Positions 1 to 9,137 of a stretch of DNA of 28,942 bases are shown piece by piece. Every line of letters starts with the position of its first letter. Within the stretch, counting starts at the first letter, position 1. The translations under genes and the position numbers were made by a program. The DNA is taken from assembly GCA_964565725.1 (NCBI GenBank), contig CAZMGA010000007.1, positions 1 through 28,942 of the forward strand. Reading direction: 5' to 3'. The DNA comes from an uncultured archaeon (GTDB taxonomy: Archaea > Iainarchaeota > Iainarchaeia > Iainarchaeales > 0-14-0-20-30-16). Below the pieces are notes generated by a model, which saw only the letters and a list, made by a program, of their open reading frames with translations, did no database searches and was not told the DNA's origin.

Positions 1-1
1 A

Positions 2-508
2 TTTAGATATGAAAGAGCAATATTAAATTCTTTAATAAAAGAGCCAAATGATTTTTTGAAGGCTTTTCAACAATTACCTAAAAATTTAATGATTTTATTT
101 CCACACGCATATCAAAGTTTTTTGTACAATAAATATTTAGATTTACGAATAAAAAAAGGATTTTTTAATGTTAAATTAGATGATGATGTTATTGAAAATA
201 ATGAAATTCAAGGTCCTATTTTTGGATATGATTTTTTAATTTCTAATGGTGAAAATGGAAATTTAGAAAAACAAATTTTAAACGAAGAAAATATTAATTT
301 GGAACAATTTAAAGTACAAAATTTTCCTCAAATGTCGGTTCAAGGTTTAAATAGAAACATATCTTTACAAATAAATAATTTACAATTGTTAGAAATAAAA
401 GAAGATGAATTTTTTCTAGGAAAAAATTGTTTGAAAATATCTTTTAATTTGACAAAAAATTCATATGCCACAGTAGTTTTAAATGAATTAATGAAAAATA
501 GTAATTAA
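2..508 (+). CDS. truD: tRNA pseudouridine(13) synthase TruD, C-terminal part (5' end outside window)
   Basis: Frame is open upstream of the listed start: FRYERAILNSLIKEPNDFLKAFQQLPKNLMILFPHAYQSFLYNKYL..., typical archaeal TruD 'HAYQSxLFN' region; ends ...SYATVVLNELMK. Confidence 0.85.
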   Translation, partial: FRYERAILNSLIKEPNDFLKAFQQLPKNLMILFPHAYQSFLYNKYLDLRIKKGFFNVKLDDDVIENNEIQGPIFGYDFLISNGENGNLEKQILNEENINLEQFKVQNFPQMSVQGLNRNISLQINNLQLLEIKEDEFFLGKNCLKISFNLTKNSYATVVLNELMKNSN

Positions 509-553
509 ATATTTTTAGAATAGCTTTTTATATTGTTTTTTGTATTATTATTT

Positions 554-1201
554 ATGCCAAAAAAACCAATACACACAAAAATGCCAGAACATAGGGAAAT
601 TCATAGAATTGTACCTAAAGAATTACCTAAAAAATTTGTACATGTGGAATTAGAACGTAAAACACCAATTTTTGATGGTACTAATTTTGTGAAATTTAAT
701 GTTTCTAAAAAAACAGTTGATATAATAAACTATTTAAGATCTAATGGTATGTCTGTTGAGAGAATATTGCGTTTTGAAGGTGAATCAGGAATACATTATT
801 TAAAAGTTATATTTGCAAATGCAGGGGTAAATGTTATAGACTATTTAAGAAGAAATCCTGGTGATAAATTATTTGTTTTAAAAGGTATTGCCGAATTGAT
901 GGGTAAAATGCATTCTTTAGGAGTTGTACATAATGATTGTGGTTTAATAAATTTTGCTATTTTGGATAGACAATTAACTATGATTGATTTTGAACACGCA
1001 GTTCATAAAAAAGTGGATTGGTCTGATGCATCAAGCATATTAAAAGAATATTCTAATGATTTAAATAGATTAAGAGAAAATATAAAATCTGTAAATTTAA
1101 GTCCTGAAGAAAAATCTAAAATATGGAATATTTTATTATCCAATTATCCAGCTCCACAAAACATAAAAGATTTTTTAAAAAGTATTTTTATAAATAATTA
1201 A
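554..1201 (+). CDS. small divergent protein-kinase-like fold protein
   Basis: Catalytic-loop-like 'MHSLGVVHNDCGLINFAI' (HxDxxxxN) followed by 'LTMIDFEHA' (DFG-equivalent DFE). Real start is probably ATG 554 rather than TTG 533. Confidence 0.5.
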   Translation: MPKKPIHTKMPEHREIHRIVPKELPKKFVHVELERKTPIFDGTNFVKFNVSKKTVDIINYLRSNGMSVERILRFEGESGIHYLKVIFANAGVNVIDYLRRNPGDKLFVLKGIAELMGKMHSLGVVHNDCGLINFAILDRQLTMIDFEHAVHKKVDWSDASSILKEYSNDLNRLRENIKSVNLSPEEKSKIWNILLSNYPAPQNIKDFLKSIFINN

Positions 1202-1271
1202 TTGAGATTATATAGCTTTAAGATATTTATTTAAAGCACAAAAAAGTTTTAAAAAGTAAAGAGGTGTTTTT

Positions 1272-1685
1272 ATGGTTTTATTTGATTTAAGAGCATATGA
1301 TTTAAATTTAGAAATTGATAATTCTTTTGTTAAAAAAGAATATTTTTTTGGAGATAAAATAAAAGGCAAAATTAATTTAGAAATTAAAAATAATTGTTTT
1401 ATAAAAAATTTAATTTTTAAAATAGTAAATAAATCAAATATTTCTATAATATTATTTGAAAAAACGTTTTTTGTTAATAAAAGTTTTCTTTTAAAAAATT
1501 TAAAGACTAATATTTTTATATATGACTTTGAATATGTTTTTAAAAAGCCAGAAAATCTAGAAAATACTTTTTTTAAAACAAATAATGATGAATCAAATAA
1601 ATATCTTTTAACCGTATCTATGGATTTTACTTTTAGAAAGTCTGAAATATGTGAAAAAGAAATAATTGTAAAAGACAAGGCATAA
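1272..1685 (+). CDS. hypothetical protein, possibly arrestin/Spo0M-like beta-sandwich
   Basis: SD-like 'agaggtg' upstream; 'KKEYFFGDKIKGKINLEIKN' resembles the arrestin-fold N-terminal strand pattern. Assignment is weak. Confidence 0.3.
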   Translation: MVLFDLRAYDLNLEIDNSFVKKEYFFGDKIKGKINLEIKNNCFIKNLIFKIVNKSNISIILFEKTFFVNKSFLLKNLKTNIFIYDFEYVFKKPENLENTFFKTNNDESNKYLLTVSMDFTFRKSEICEKEIIVKDKA

Positions 1686-1759
1686 ATACTATTTTTTTAC
1701 TTTTCAATTATATTTAATTATAAATATACATATAAACTTTAATATACCTAATAATACTT

Positions 1760-4700
1760 ATGCCTAGGCCTAAAAAATTTGTAAAAATTTCTTTACGAAG
1801 TTCATTTAAACCAAAACCAGTTATTCGAAGACCTTTATCTGGCGTTAAAGAAACTAGATTAAATCAATTATCTAGGCAATTAAAACTAATTCAAAAGGCA
1901 TTTAAAACTAATAGAATTCCTGAAAATAAAAGAGATTTTTTTATAAAAGCCTTACAAAAAATTATTATAGAAAGAAATCAACTAATTGGAGAAATGCATC
2001 CTCAGAACAAACCTCATGAAAGCATTTTAAAGCAAGTTGAAGAAAGAATTGATGTTAATTTAAAAGCTAAAAAACAAATTAAAGAAGCTTCTGATAATAA
2101 ACCTGTGTTAAAAAAAGTTTTAGATAGAGTTTTTAGAGAAAATAGATTATTAGAATATGAACAACAAGAATTAGATTTAGAAAGGCAAAGATTAGAAAAA
2201 GAAAGATTAAAAAGATCTAGATTAGAACGGGACAAAATGATTATTGATAAAGACATAATAAAAATGCAAAAGTTTTTTACTGAAAATAACATTCCAAAAG
2301 ATATAATAGAATATATTTCAAAATATATTGATTTATTCAAAAATGAAAAATATTTGATATTTAATTCAAAAGTAAATTATTTATTTGATATAATAATTTA
2401 CAAATTAAAATTACATAAAATGCCTTTAGAGTTGAGAAAAGAAGCTATGAATTTATTAGAGAATAATAAAATATCTGATGCTTTTAATTTAGTAAAAAGC
2501 GAATTATACAAATTAGCATTAGATAGAAAATTCACTTTCCAAGAATCTTTAGAAAACTCAAAAAATTCATATATTTTAAAAGCTCCAAATAAACTTTCAC
2601 AGAAAATATTATTAGATTATAAAATAAATCCCAATTCCTTATCTTATGAAAAATTACAATATTTTGATCCAAAAGAACTAAAAAAAAGATTACAAGTATT
2701 AACTGATTTAAAATTACCAATTTTAGAATTTCCCGAAAATTTATATTTATTTGTTTATAATATAAATAAATTAACAAGATTAAGTAAAATTGCTAAAAGT
2801 AAAGGATTGGGTGTAAATGATATGTTTAAAAATTACTACCCTCTTTTGAAAGAAATTATTACCTCTAATAGTAGACTTAGTAAATTAATTGATTTTGAAA
2901 TTAGAGGACTTGAAAAAAATATATTTGACTTATTTAGTTTAGACCCAGAAAATCTTAAAAAAATAATTACTAATGAAAATCGATTTAATAAGTTAATTGA
3001 TTTTGGTAACAAATGTTTAGATAGACGTTTTAATCCTAATTTTCTTTTTGATACATTTTTATCTTTAGAAAAAATAATTATTAACGAAAATCGATTTAAT
3101 AAATTATTAGATTTAGGTAATAAATGCATAGATGAAAAAATATATCCTCGTTCTTTGTTTGATTCTTTTTTAAATTGGACTAAATTTATTACTACTGAAA
3201 ATCATTTTAATAAGTTAATTGATTTTGGTAACAAATGTTTAGATAAAGGATTAAACCCATATAAAATTTTTATATCTTTTTCCGAATTAAATAAATTCAA
3301 TAGTATAAATATTTTTGAAAAAATTGGTAATGAATTAATTGATTTTAATTTAGAAGGTTTAAAGAAACAAGAAAATGTCTTTACTTTATTTAAATCTTTT
3401 TCATCTTTAGAATATCTTTTTACTTCAGATAATATTGAAAGAATTGGAAATAAAATTTTAGATTTAGGAAAAAAATGTTTAGATAATAATTTAAATCTAG
3501 CACCGTTACAACTTTTTTTTTCATCTTTAGAAAATTTTATTACTTCTGAAAATCGATTTAACAAATTAATTGATTTTTGTAATAATTGTTTAGATAAAGG
3601 TATGAATTCAACCTATTTTTATTTTTATTTTGACCCTTTAAAAAAACATACTTTTTTAGAAAATCATTTTAATAATTTATTACATGTGAGTTTTGAAATT
3701 ACAGATAAAATTAGAAACGAAGATGTATTAAAAGAAATTATTAATTTAGCATCTGAAAAATTATCTAAAATTAATTTAGATACTATTAAATGGTATGATT
3801 TAATCACAATAAATTTTAATTCTGAAAAAATAAGATCTTGGGCAAATAACTTATTAAGTAATGAGAATATATCTCGAAATAGAGAAAAAGTATTAACAAT
3901 TTCAAAATTAATCGATTTACAAGAATATGTTCAAAAACATAATTTAGAGAATTTAGTAGCAAATACTGGAAAAAGAAATTTTAAAGAATTAATCACAAAT
4001 ATAGAATTAGCTAAAGAATTAGAATTAAATGTTTCAAATATAACTAGTTTACAAGAATATGTTGAGGAAATAAAATTAAAAGTAATACATAAAGCAAGTG
4101 GTTTTGGAATTAATATTAATCAACAAAATGTAGATATAATAAAACCTTATCTGAAAGATATTATAAATTATGTTGCAAAGCACAAAGAATATCCTAATAC
4201 CAAGGTATTATTGGAAACTATAAATAATTATATATCAGGAAATTGGAAAACTTTTAGATATTCAGATTTAGAAAAAGAGTTTGTAAAGTTATTTGGAGAT
4301 AAGGGAAAAAAACTTGTTGAAGAATGGCAAAAGGATTTTAGTTTCGAACCAGAAGTAAAAACTGTTAAAAAAACTCCTAATGAATTAATTTCAGAAATAA
4401 ATAATATTTTGGAACACAATTTATTTGTACATTTAAAATTAAACCCTACAATACATGGGATAATTACTAAAAATATTGATGTTATAAATAAATTTAGAAA
4501 ATATAATAAAGATGCGGATATACACATTGAAAATATTATTAAAAGTATAAAAGAATTAAACAGTTTCAAAAATAAAACTTTTGAAAGTTCTGAACAATTA
4601 CAAGAATTTATATTAAAAAATGTTGATTTATTACACGAATCTATAAAAACATTAAAAATAAATGCTAATGATATTTTAGCAGATTTAAATTCATTAAATG

Positions 4701-5155
4701 TATTTGAAAGTAAAAGTACAGTTGCAGAAAAAATAATTGACTCAGATGATTTTTTTGATTTGTTTTATACTGGTAAAGTAGATAATCAAACATCTTGTCA
4801 AGCTTTTGATTATGGTAATACATCTTTAAGTCAAGGTTTAACAGGATATATTGAACTTCCTTGGTGTAGAATTGTAGGTATAAAAAGCAGTCCTAAAAGT
4901 TATTTGTCAAGATGTATTATGAAATTAGGTTTTGTTAATAATAAATTAACTATTTTATTAGAACCTTTTTATGGTGATTCAAGATATCATCCACAAATAT
5001 TAGAAGTTATTAATAAAAAAGCAAAAGCTATGAGATTAGAGGTTGTAGAATTAACTAAAAGAACTGATAAAGCTATTAAGTTTCCAAAATCTGGTAGAAG
5101 TTATAAAGTATATTCTGACGCATTAGGTGGATTACACGATTTAAGATATTTTTAA
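1760..5155 (+). CDS. large (1131 aa) coiled-coil/helical-repeat protein with distinctive C-terminal domain, function unknown
   Basis: Single long ORF, no signal peptide or TM visible; basic N-terminus, charged coiled coil 'EYEQQELDLERQRLEKERLKRSRLERD', tandem ~37-aa repeats, C-terminal 'DDFFDLFYTG...SCQAFDYG...' domain. Confidence 0.7.
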   Translation: MPRPKKFVKISLRSSFKPKPVIRRPLSGVKETRLNQLSRQLKLIQKAFKTNRIPENKRDFFIKALQKIIIERNQLIGEMHPQNKPHESILKQVEERIDVNLKAKKQIKEASDNKPVLKKVLDRVFRENRLLEYEQQELDLERQRLEKERLKRSRLERDKMIIDKDIIKMQKFFTENNIPKDIIEYISKYIDLFKNEKYLIFNSKVNYLFDIIIYKLKLHKMPLELRKEAMNLLENNKISDAFNLVKSELYKLALDRKFTFQESLENSKNSYILKAPNKLSQKILLDYKINPNSLSYEKLQYFDPKELKKRLQVLTDLKLPILEFPENLYLFVYNINKLTRLSKIAKSKGLGVNDMFKNYYPLLKEIITSNSRLSKLIDFEIRGLEKNIFDLFSLDPENLKKIITNENRFNKLIDFGNKCLDRRFNPNFLFDTFLSLEKIIINENRFNKLLDLGNKCIDEKIYPRSLFDSFLNWTKFITTENHFNKLIDFGNKCLDKGLNPYKIFISFSELNKFNSINIFEKIGNELIDFNLEGLKKQENVFTLFKSFSSLEYLFTSDNIERIGNKILDLGKKCLDNNLNLAPLQLFFSSLENFITSENRFNKLIDFCNNCLDKGMNSTYFYFYFDPLKKHTFLENHFNNLLHVSFEITDKIRNEDVLKEIINLASEKLSKINLDTIKWYDLITINFNSEKIRSWANNLLSNENISRNREKVLTISKLIDLQEYVQKHNLENLVANTGKRNFKELITNIELAKELELNVSNITSLQEYVEEIKLKVIHKASGFGININQQNVDIIKPYLKDIINYVAKHKEYPNTKVLLETINNYISGNWKTFRYSDLEKEFVKLFGDKGKKLVEEWQKDFSFEPEVKTVKKTPNELISEINNILEHNLFVHLKLNPTIHGIITKNIDVINKFRKYNKDADIHIENIIKSIKELNSFKNKTFESSEQLQEFILKNVDLLHESIKTLKINANDILADLNSLNVFESKSTVAEKIIDSDDFFDLFYTGKVDNQTSCQAFDYGNTSLSQGLTGYIELPWCRIVGIKSSPKSYLSRCIMKLGFVNNKLTILLEPFYGDSRYHPQILEVINKKAKAMRLEVVELTKRTDKAIKFPKSGRSYKVYSDALGGLHDLRYF
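2846..3700 (+). repeat. tandem coding repeats, unit about 37-43 aa (111-114 nt between best copies)
   Basis: Copies start near 2846, 2954, 3065, 3179, (3300-3406 degenerate), 3407, 3527, 3638; consensus LxxIITxENRFNKLIDFGNKCLDxxxNPxxLFxSFxS. DNA core 'gaaaatcgatttaayaarttaattgatt' is conserved between copies. Confidence 0.85.
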
Positions 5156-5193
5156 TTATTTTTTGTAATTTTTGGTATACATAAAGCACAAGC

Positions 5194-5201
5194 TTTATAA
5201 A
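5194..5201 (+). promoter_or_regulatory. putative archaeal TATA box for the psmA superoperon
   Basis: 'tttataaa' about 55-60 nt upstream of psmA ATG, within 'aagctttataaaatatata'; SD-like 'gaggtga' just before ATG. Confidence 0.4.
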
Positions 5202-5254
5202 ATATATAAGTCCTATATATATAATATTATATTATCTTATTTTGAGGTGAATGA

Positions 5255-5953
5255 ATGTATACTACAGACAAAAACACAGTTATGGCTTATGATAGGGCTA
5301 TTACAGTATTTAGTCCAGAAGGAAGATTATATCAAGTAGAATATGCTTCTAAAATAATTGAAAGAGGTACTCCTGCAATGGCTATAAAATGTAAAGATGG
5401 TATATTGTTTGCAGTAGATTTAAACTTCGATTCAAAATTATTAATTATAGATTCAATTGAAAAAATATTTAAAATTGATGATAATGTTTATTTTATTTCT
5501 GCGGGTTTAGCGGGAGATGCTAGAAAATTATCTGAAGAAGCTAGAAGTTTTGCTGTTGAAAATAAATATTTATATAATGAAGAAATTGAAATTGCTACAG
5601 TTTCTAAAAAGGTGGCAACAATTACACAAATATTTACACAATATGGTGGTATGAGACCTTATGGTGTATCTTTTATTGTAGTTGGGCAAGATGATAGTGG
5701 TTATCATATTTTTGAAACTGAACCATCAGGAGCAGTAGCAGAATATAATGCATTAGCAATAGGTAGAGGTAAATCTAAAGCTACAACCATTTTTGAAAAA
5801 AAATACAAACCAAATTTAACAGTAGAGCAAAGTAAAGAAATAATTAAAGATGCTTTTAAAGCAATTTATGAAAAAGCAAATATAGATGAAGACAAAATAA
5901 AATTATATTTATTTAAAGATAGAGAATTAGAAGAATTAAATTTTAAAGAATAG
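5255..5953 (+). CDS. psmA: 20S proteasome alpha subunit
   Basis: 'AYDRAITVFSPEGRLYQVEYASKIIERGTPAMAIK...' and 'TQIFTQYGGMRPYGVSFIVVG' are diagnostic. Confidence 0.96.
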   Translation: MYTTDKNTVMAYDRAITVFSPEGRLYQVEYASKIIERGTPAMAIKCKDGILFAVDLNFDSKLLIIDSIEKIFKIDDNVYFISAGLAGDARKLSEEARSFAVENKYLYNEEIEIATVSKKVATITQIFTQYGGMRPYGVSFIVVGQDDSGYHIFETEPSGAVAEYNALAIGRGKSKATTIFEKKYKPNLTVEQSKEIIKDAFKAIYEKANIDEDKIKLYLFKDRELEELNFKE

Positions 5954-5960
5954 TGATTAA

Positions 5961-6653
5961 ATGGTAAATATTGATGATGCTAGAATAGCTAGTTATTCTG
6001 AAGATGGATATAATTTTGAAATATTGGTAGATCCTGATTTGGCTTTAGATATAAAATTAGGGAATTTACCATTAGAAAATAATTTAAGTAAATTATTAGC
6101 TATAGATGAAATTTACAAAAATTCAAATACTGGGGAAAAAGCATCTGAAAAATCTGTAGAGTTAATATTTAAAACAAATGATTTGAAAAAAATTGTAGAA
6201 ATAATTTTATTAAAAGGTCATTTAGATTTAACAACTGAACAAAAAAGAAAATTAGCATTATTAAAAAGAAAAGAATTAATTGATTATATTGTAAAGAATT
6301 CTATAAATCCTATAACTAAATTGCCACATCCTGTTTTAAGGGTTGAAAATGCTTTAGAAGAAGGTAAAATAGTTATAGATTCACAAAAATCTATAAAATC
6401 ACAAATAGATAAAATTTTAGAAAAATTAAGTGAAATTTTGCCAATGGATTTTAAAAAAATAATAATAAAAGTTAATGTACCTTTAGATTATGCGGGAAAA
6501 GTAAATGGTATTATAAATAAATATGAGGTATTAGAAAGAAAATGGTCTAATGTATTTAGTTTTACTGTTGATTTGCCAGCTGGTGAAAAAGAGTTATTTA
6601 TGAATAGTATTTCTGGATTAACAAAAGGTACAGCAGAATATGAATTTGAGTGA
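5961..6653 (+). CDS. ribosome maturation protein SBDS homolog
   Basis: 'KLGNLPLENNLSKLLAIDEIYKNSNTGEKASEKSVELIF' and 'HLDLTTEQKRK...LVDYI-like NSINPITKLPHPVLRVENAL'; position between psmA and rrp4. Confidence 0.92.
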   Translation: MVNIDDARIASYSEDGYNFEILVDPDLALDIKLGNLPLENNLSKLLAIDEIYKNSNTGEKASEKSVELIFKTNDLKKIVEIILLKGHLDLTTEQKRKLALLKRKELIDYIVKNSINPITKLPHPVLRVENALEEGKIVIDSQKSIKSQIDKILEKLSEILPMDFKKIIIKVNVPLDYAGKVNGIINKYEVLERKWSNVFSFTVDLPAGEKELFMNSISGLTKGTAEYEFE

Positions 6654-6658
6654 TAATT

Positions 6659-7258
6659 ATGAAAACAATTGTAGTTCCTGGAGAATTAGTTAATGAAAAG
6701 TCTGTTAAAGGTAATGGAGTAGTTATTAGTAATAATAAAACTTATTCAGAATATGTTGGCGTTTTATATAACGAAAAATATTTGCAAGTAGTTCCTTTAA
6801 ATGGAAAATATTTACCAAAAACAGAAGATGTTGTAATAGGTTATATAGAGCAATTAGATATAAATGGATATATTTGTAATGTAAATTCCTATAAATCAGT
6901 TTATTTGCATAAAAATGGTTTAAGTAAAAAATTAAATTTAGGAGATATTGTTTTAGCTAAAATTAGTTCTGTAAACGAAATAAAAGATTTTGGTTTAGAA
7001 ATAATGGGTATATTAAGAGATGGTATTTTAATGAATATTAATGCAAAAAAAGTTCCTCGGGTTATAGGAAAAAATAAATCAATGTTAGAACTATTACAAA
7101 AGTATTCTAAATCAAATATTAGAGTAGGGGCTAATGGTTATATATACGTAGTTGGGGGAAATTATTTAATTGTAAAAGACGCATTAGAAATAATTGAAAA
7201 ATATTCTCATGTAGATAATTTAACTGAGAAATTAAATAAATATTTAAGTAATAAATAA
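6659..7258 (+). CDS. rrp4: exosome RNA-binding subunit Rrp4
   Basis: N-terminal 'VVPGE', S1 region, C-terminal KH-like 'VPRVIGKNKSMLELLQKYSKSNIRVGANGYIYVVG'. ATG 6659 preferred over GTG 6650. Confidence 0.92.
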   Translation: MKTIVVPGELVNEKSVKGNGVVISNNKTYSEYVGVLYNEKYLQVVPLNGKYLPKTEDVVIGYIEQLDINGYICNVNSYKSVYLHKNGLSKKLNLGDIVLAKISSVNEIKDFGLEIMGILRDGILMNINAKKVPRVIGKNKSMLELLQKYSKSNIRVGANGYIYVVGGNYLIVKDALEIIEKYSHVDNLTEKLNKYLSNK

Positions 7259-7277
7259 ATGATGGAGAAGAGAAAAT

Positions 7278-8006
7278 ATGAGTGAAGAATGGTATTTTGA
7301 TTCCAAAGGAAAAAGATTTGATGGTCGAGCTCAATTTGAAAAAAGACCAATTTCTGCTAAAGTTGGAGTAATAGATAATGCAGATGGTTCTGCATATGTA
7401 GAATGGGGACAAAATAAAGCATTAGCTGCTGTTTATGGTCCTAAAGAAATGTTGCCAAAACATATGGCTAATCCTAATAAAGCGGTAATAAGATATTATT
7501 ATAGAATGGCTCCTTTTTCAGTACCTGATAGAAAAAATCCTAAACCAGGTAGAAGAGAAATAGAAATTTCAAAAGTATCTGGAGAAGCATTATCACAAGC
7601 AGTAGATTTAAGTGTATATCCTAATTGTGCAATAGATGTTTATTTAACAATTTTAGATAGTAATGCGGGAACAAGAATTTGTGGATTATTAGCATCTAGT
7701 TTAGCATTAGCTGATGCCGGAATTCCTATGAGAGATTTAGTTTCAGGAGTTTCAGTTGGAAAAGCAGGTGGTAAAATAATTACTGATTTAAGTAAACATG
7801 AAGAAGATGCACCTGATGCTGTTGATTTGCCGATTGCTATGTTGCCAGAAACTGATGAAGTTGTTTTAATGCAAATGGATGGTCCATTAACTGAAAAAGA
7901 GTTTAATGAAGCATTAGATTTGGCAAAAAAGAATTGTGTTGAATTAAAAGAATTACAAATGAATGTTTTAAAAGAAAAATATAATGAAGATTTTGATGGT
8001 GAGTAA
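7278..8006 (+). CDS. rrp41: exosome catalytic subunit Rrp41 (RNase PH fold)
   Basis: 'RFDGRAQFEKRPISAKVGVIDNADGSAYVEWGQNKALAAVYGPKE', 'DLPIAMLPETDEVVLMQMDG'. Confidence 0.95.
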   Translation: MSEEWYFDSKGKRFDGRAQFEKRPISAKVGVIDNADGSAYVEWGQNKALAAVYGPKEMLPKHMANPNKAVIRYYYRMAPFSVPDRKNPKPGRREIEISKVSGEALSQAVDLSVYPNCAIDVYLTILDSNAGTRICGLLASSLALADAGIPMRDLVSGVSVGKAGGKIITDLSKHEEDAPDAVDLPIAMLPETDEVVLMQMDGPLTEKEFNEALDLAKKNCVELKELQMNVLKEKYNEDFDGE

Positions 8007-8007
8007 A

Positions 8008-8811
8008 ATGAAATATTTATATGAATCTGAAATGGTAAAAGCAAAAATAAATAATGATGAAAGAATATCTAATAGAAAAATGTATGATACAAGAGATATT
8101 TCGGTAGAATTAAATACTTTTAAGAATGCAAATGGTTCAGCAATATTAACTTTAGGAAAAACTAAAGTAATTGCAGGGGTAAAAATTTTACCTGATAAAC
8201 CATTTCCTGATAATCCTGATGAAGGATCAATAAGTATTGGTATAGAAATGAGTGCTATGGCTGATGAAAGTTTTGATACTGGTCCTCCATCAGAAGATTC
8301 TATAGAATTATCTAGAGTTGTAGATAGAGCAATAAGAGAATCTGGCGCTATAGATTTTAAATCTTTAGGTTTAGTAGATGGTGAAGTTGCTTGGTTTATA
8401 TTTATAGATATTTATGTGATGAATAATGATGGTAATTTATTTGATGCTTGTGAATTAGCAGCATTAGCTGCTTTAAAAGTAAGTAAATTTCCAAAATTAG
8501 ATTCTGAATATAAAATAGTTAAAGATGAATTTGGAGACAATTTAAAATTAGATTGTAATCCTATATTATTTACTTTTGGAAAAATTGGAGACAAAGTAGT
8601 ATTAGATCCTGATGCAATAGAAGAATGTGCTATGTCAGCTAGATTTTCTATAAGTATAATAGATAATAAAAAAATAGTTGCAATTCAAAAAGGATTAGAA
8701 GGAAGTTTTAAATTAGATGAAATTAGAGAAATGGTTAATGTAGCTATTAAAAAACATTCAGAACAATTAAAAAAATTAGAAGAGGCTATAAAAGAAAATA
8801 AAAGGAAGTGA
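8008..8811 (+). CDS. rrp42: exosome subunit Rrp42 (RNase PH fold)
   Basis: 'NDERISNRKMYDTRDISVELNTFKNANGSAILTLGKTKVIAGVK', 'VVDRAIRESGAIDFKSLGL'. Start ATG 8008, 1 nt after rrp41 stop, preferred to 7984. Confidence 0.93.
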   Translation: MKYLYESEMVKAKINNDERISNRKMYDTRDISVELNTFKNANGSAILTLGKTKVIAGVKILPDKPFPDNPDEGSISIGIEMSAMADESFDTGPPSEDSIELSRVVDRAIRESGAIDFKSLGLVDGEVAWFIFIDIYVMNNDGNLFDACELAALAALKVSKFPKLDSEYKIVKDEFGDNLKLDCNPILFTFGKIGDKVVLDPDAIEECAMSARFSISIIDNKKIVAIQKGLEGSFKLDEIREMVNVAIKKHSEQLKKLEEAIKENKRK

Positions 8812-8816
8812 ATAAA

Positions 8817-9077
8817 ATGACTACTGGAAGATTTGGTTCAAAATATGGTTCAAAAGTAAGAAAAAATGTAACTGCTATTGAATCTCAATATAAATTTAAA
8901 AAACAAGTTTGTCCATTTTGTGGAAAAAAATCTGTAAAAAGAGAAGCTGCAGGAATTTTTGTTTGTGATAATTGTGGAAAAAAATTTGCAGGTGCAGCAT
9001 ATACTACAGAAAGTATATCTAATAAAACAATAATTAAAAAATTATTCAATAAAAATGGAGAATTATCTACAAAATAA
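8817..9077 (+). CDS. rpl37ae: 50S ribosomal protein L37Ae
   Basis: 'TGRFGSKYGSKVRKNVTAIESQYKFKKQVCPFCGKKSVKREAAGIFVCDNCGKKFAGAAY', zinc ribbon. ATG at 8817. Confidence 0.94.
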   Translation: MTTGRFGSKYGSKVRKNVTAIESQYKFKKQVCPFCGKKSVKREAAGIFVCDNCGKKFAGAAYTTESISNKTIIKKLFNKNGELSTK

Positions 9078-9137
9078 GGTTATGATTTGTTGAAAGTTTT
9101 TACTTAAAATAAATCATAAATTATAGGAGTTGAATTT

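Noticed and set aside
1208-1678. Minus-strand ORF of 156 aa opposite the 1272-1685 gene
   Set aside because: Phe/Lys/Ser-rich antisense of a low-complexity AT-rich gene; the plus ORF has an SD-like site and fits operon direction.
2846-3700. CRISPR or noncoding tandem repeat array
   Set aside because: The periodicity is in frame inside a long ORF and copies diverge like protein repeats; no identical repeats with unique spacers.
2014-4569. Minus-strand ORFs at 2014, 2532, 2836, 3202 and 4228
   Set aside because: All lie inside the 1131-aa repeat protein; the internal resemblance of 2836 and 3202 translations merely mirrors the coding repeats on the other strand.
7131-8594. Minus-strand ORFs at 7131, 7640 and 8412
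   Set aside because: Antisense to confidently identified rrp4/rrp41/rrp42; Ser/Phe-rich shadow frames.
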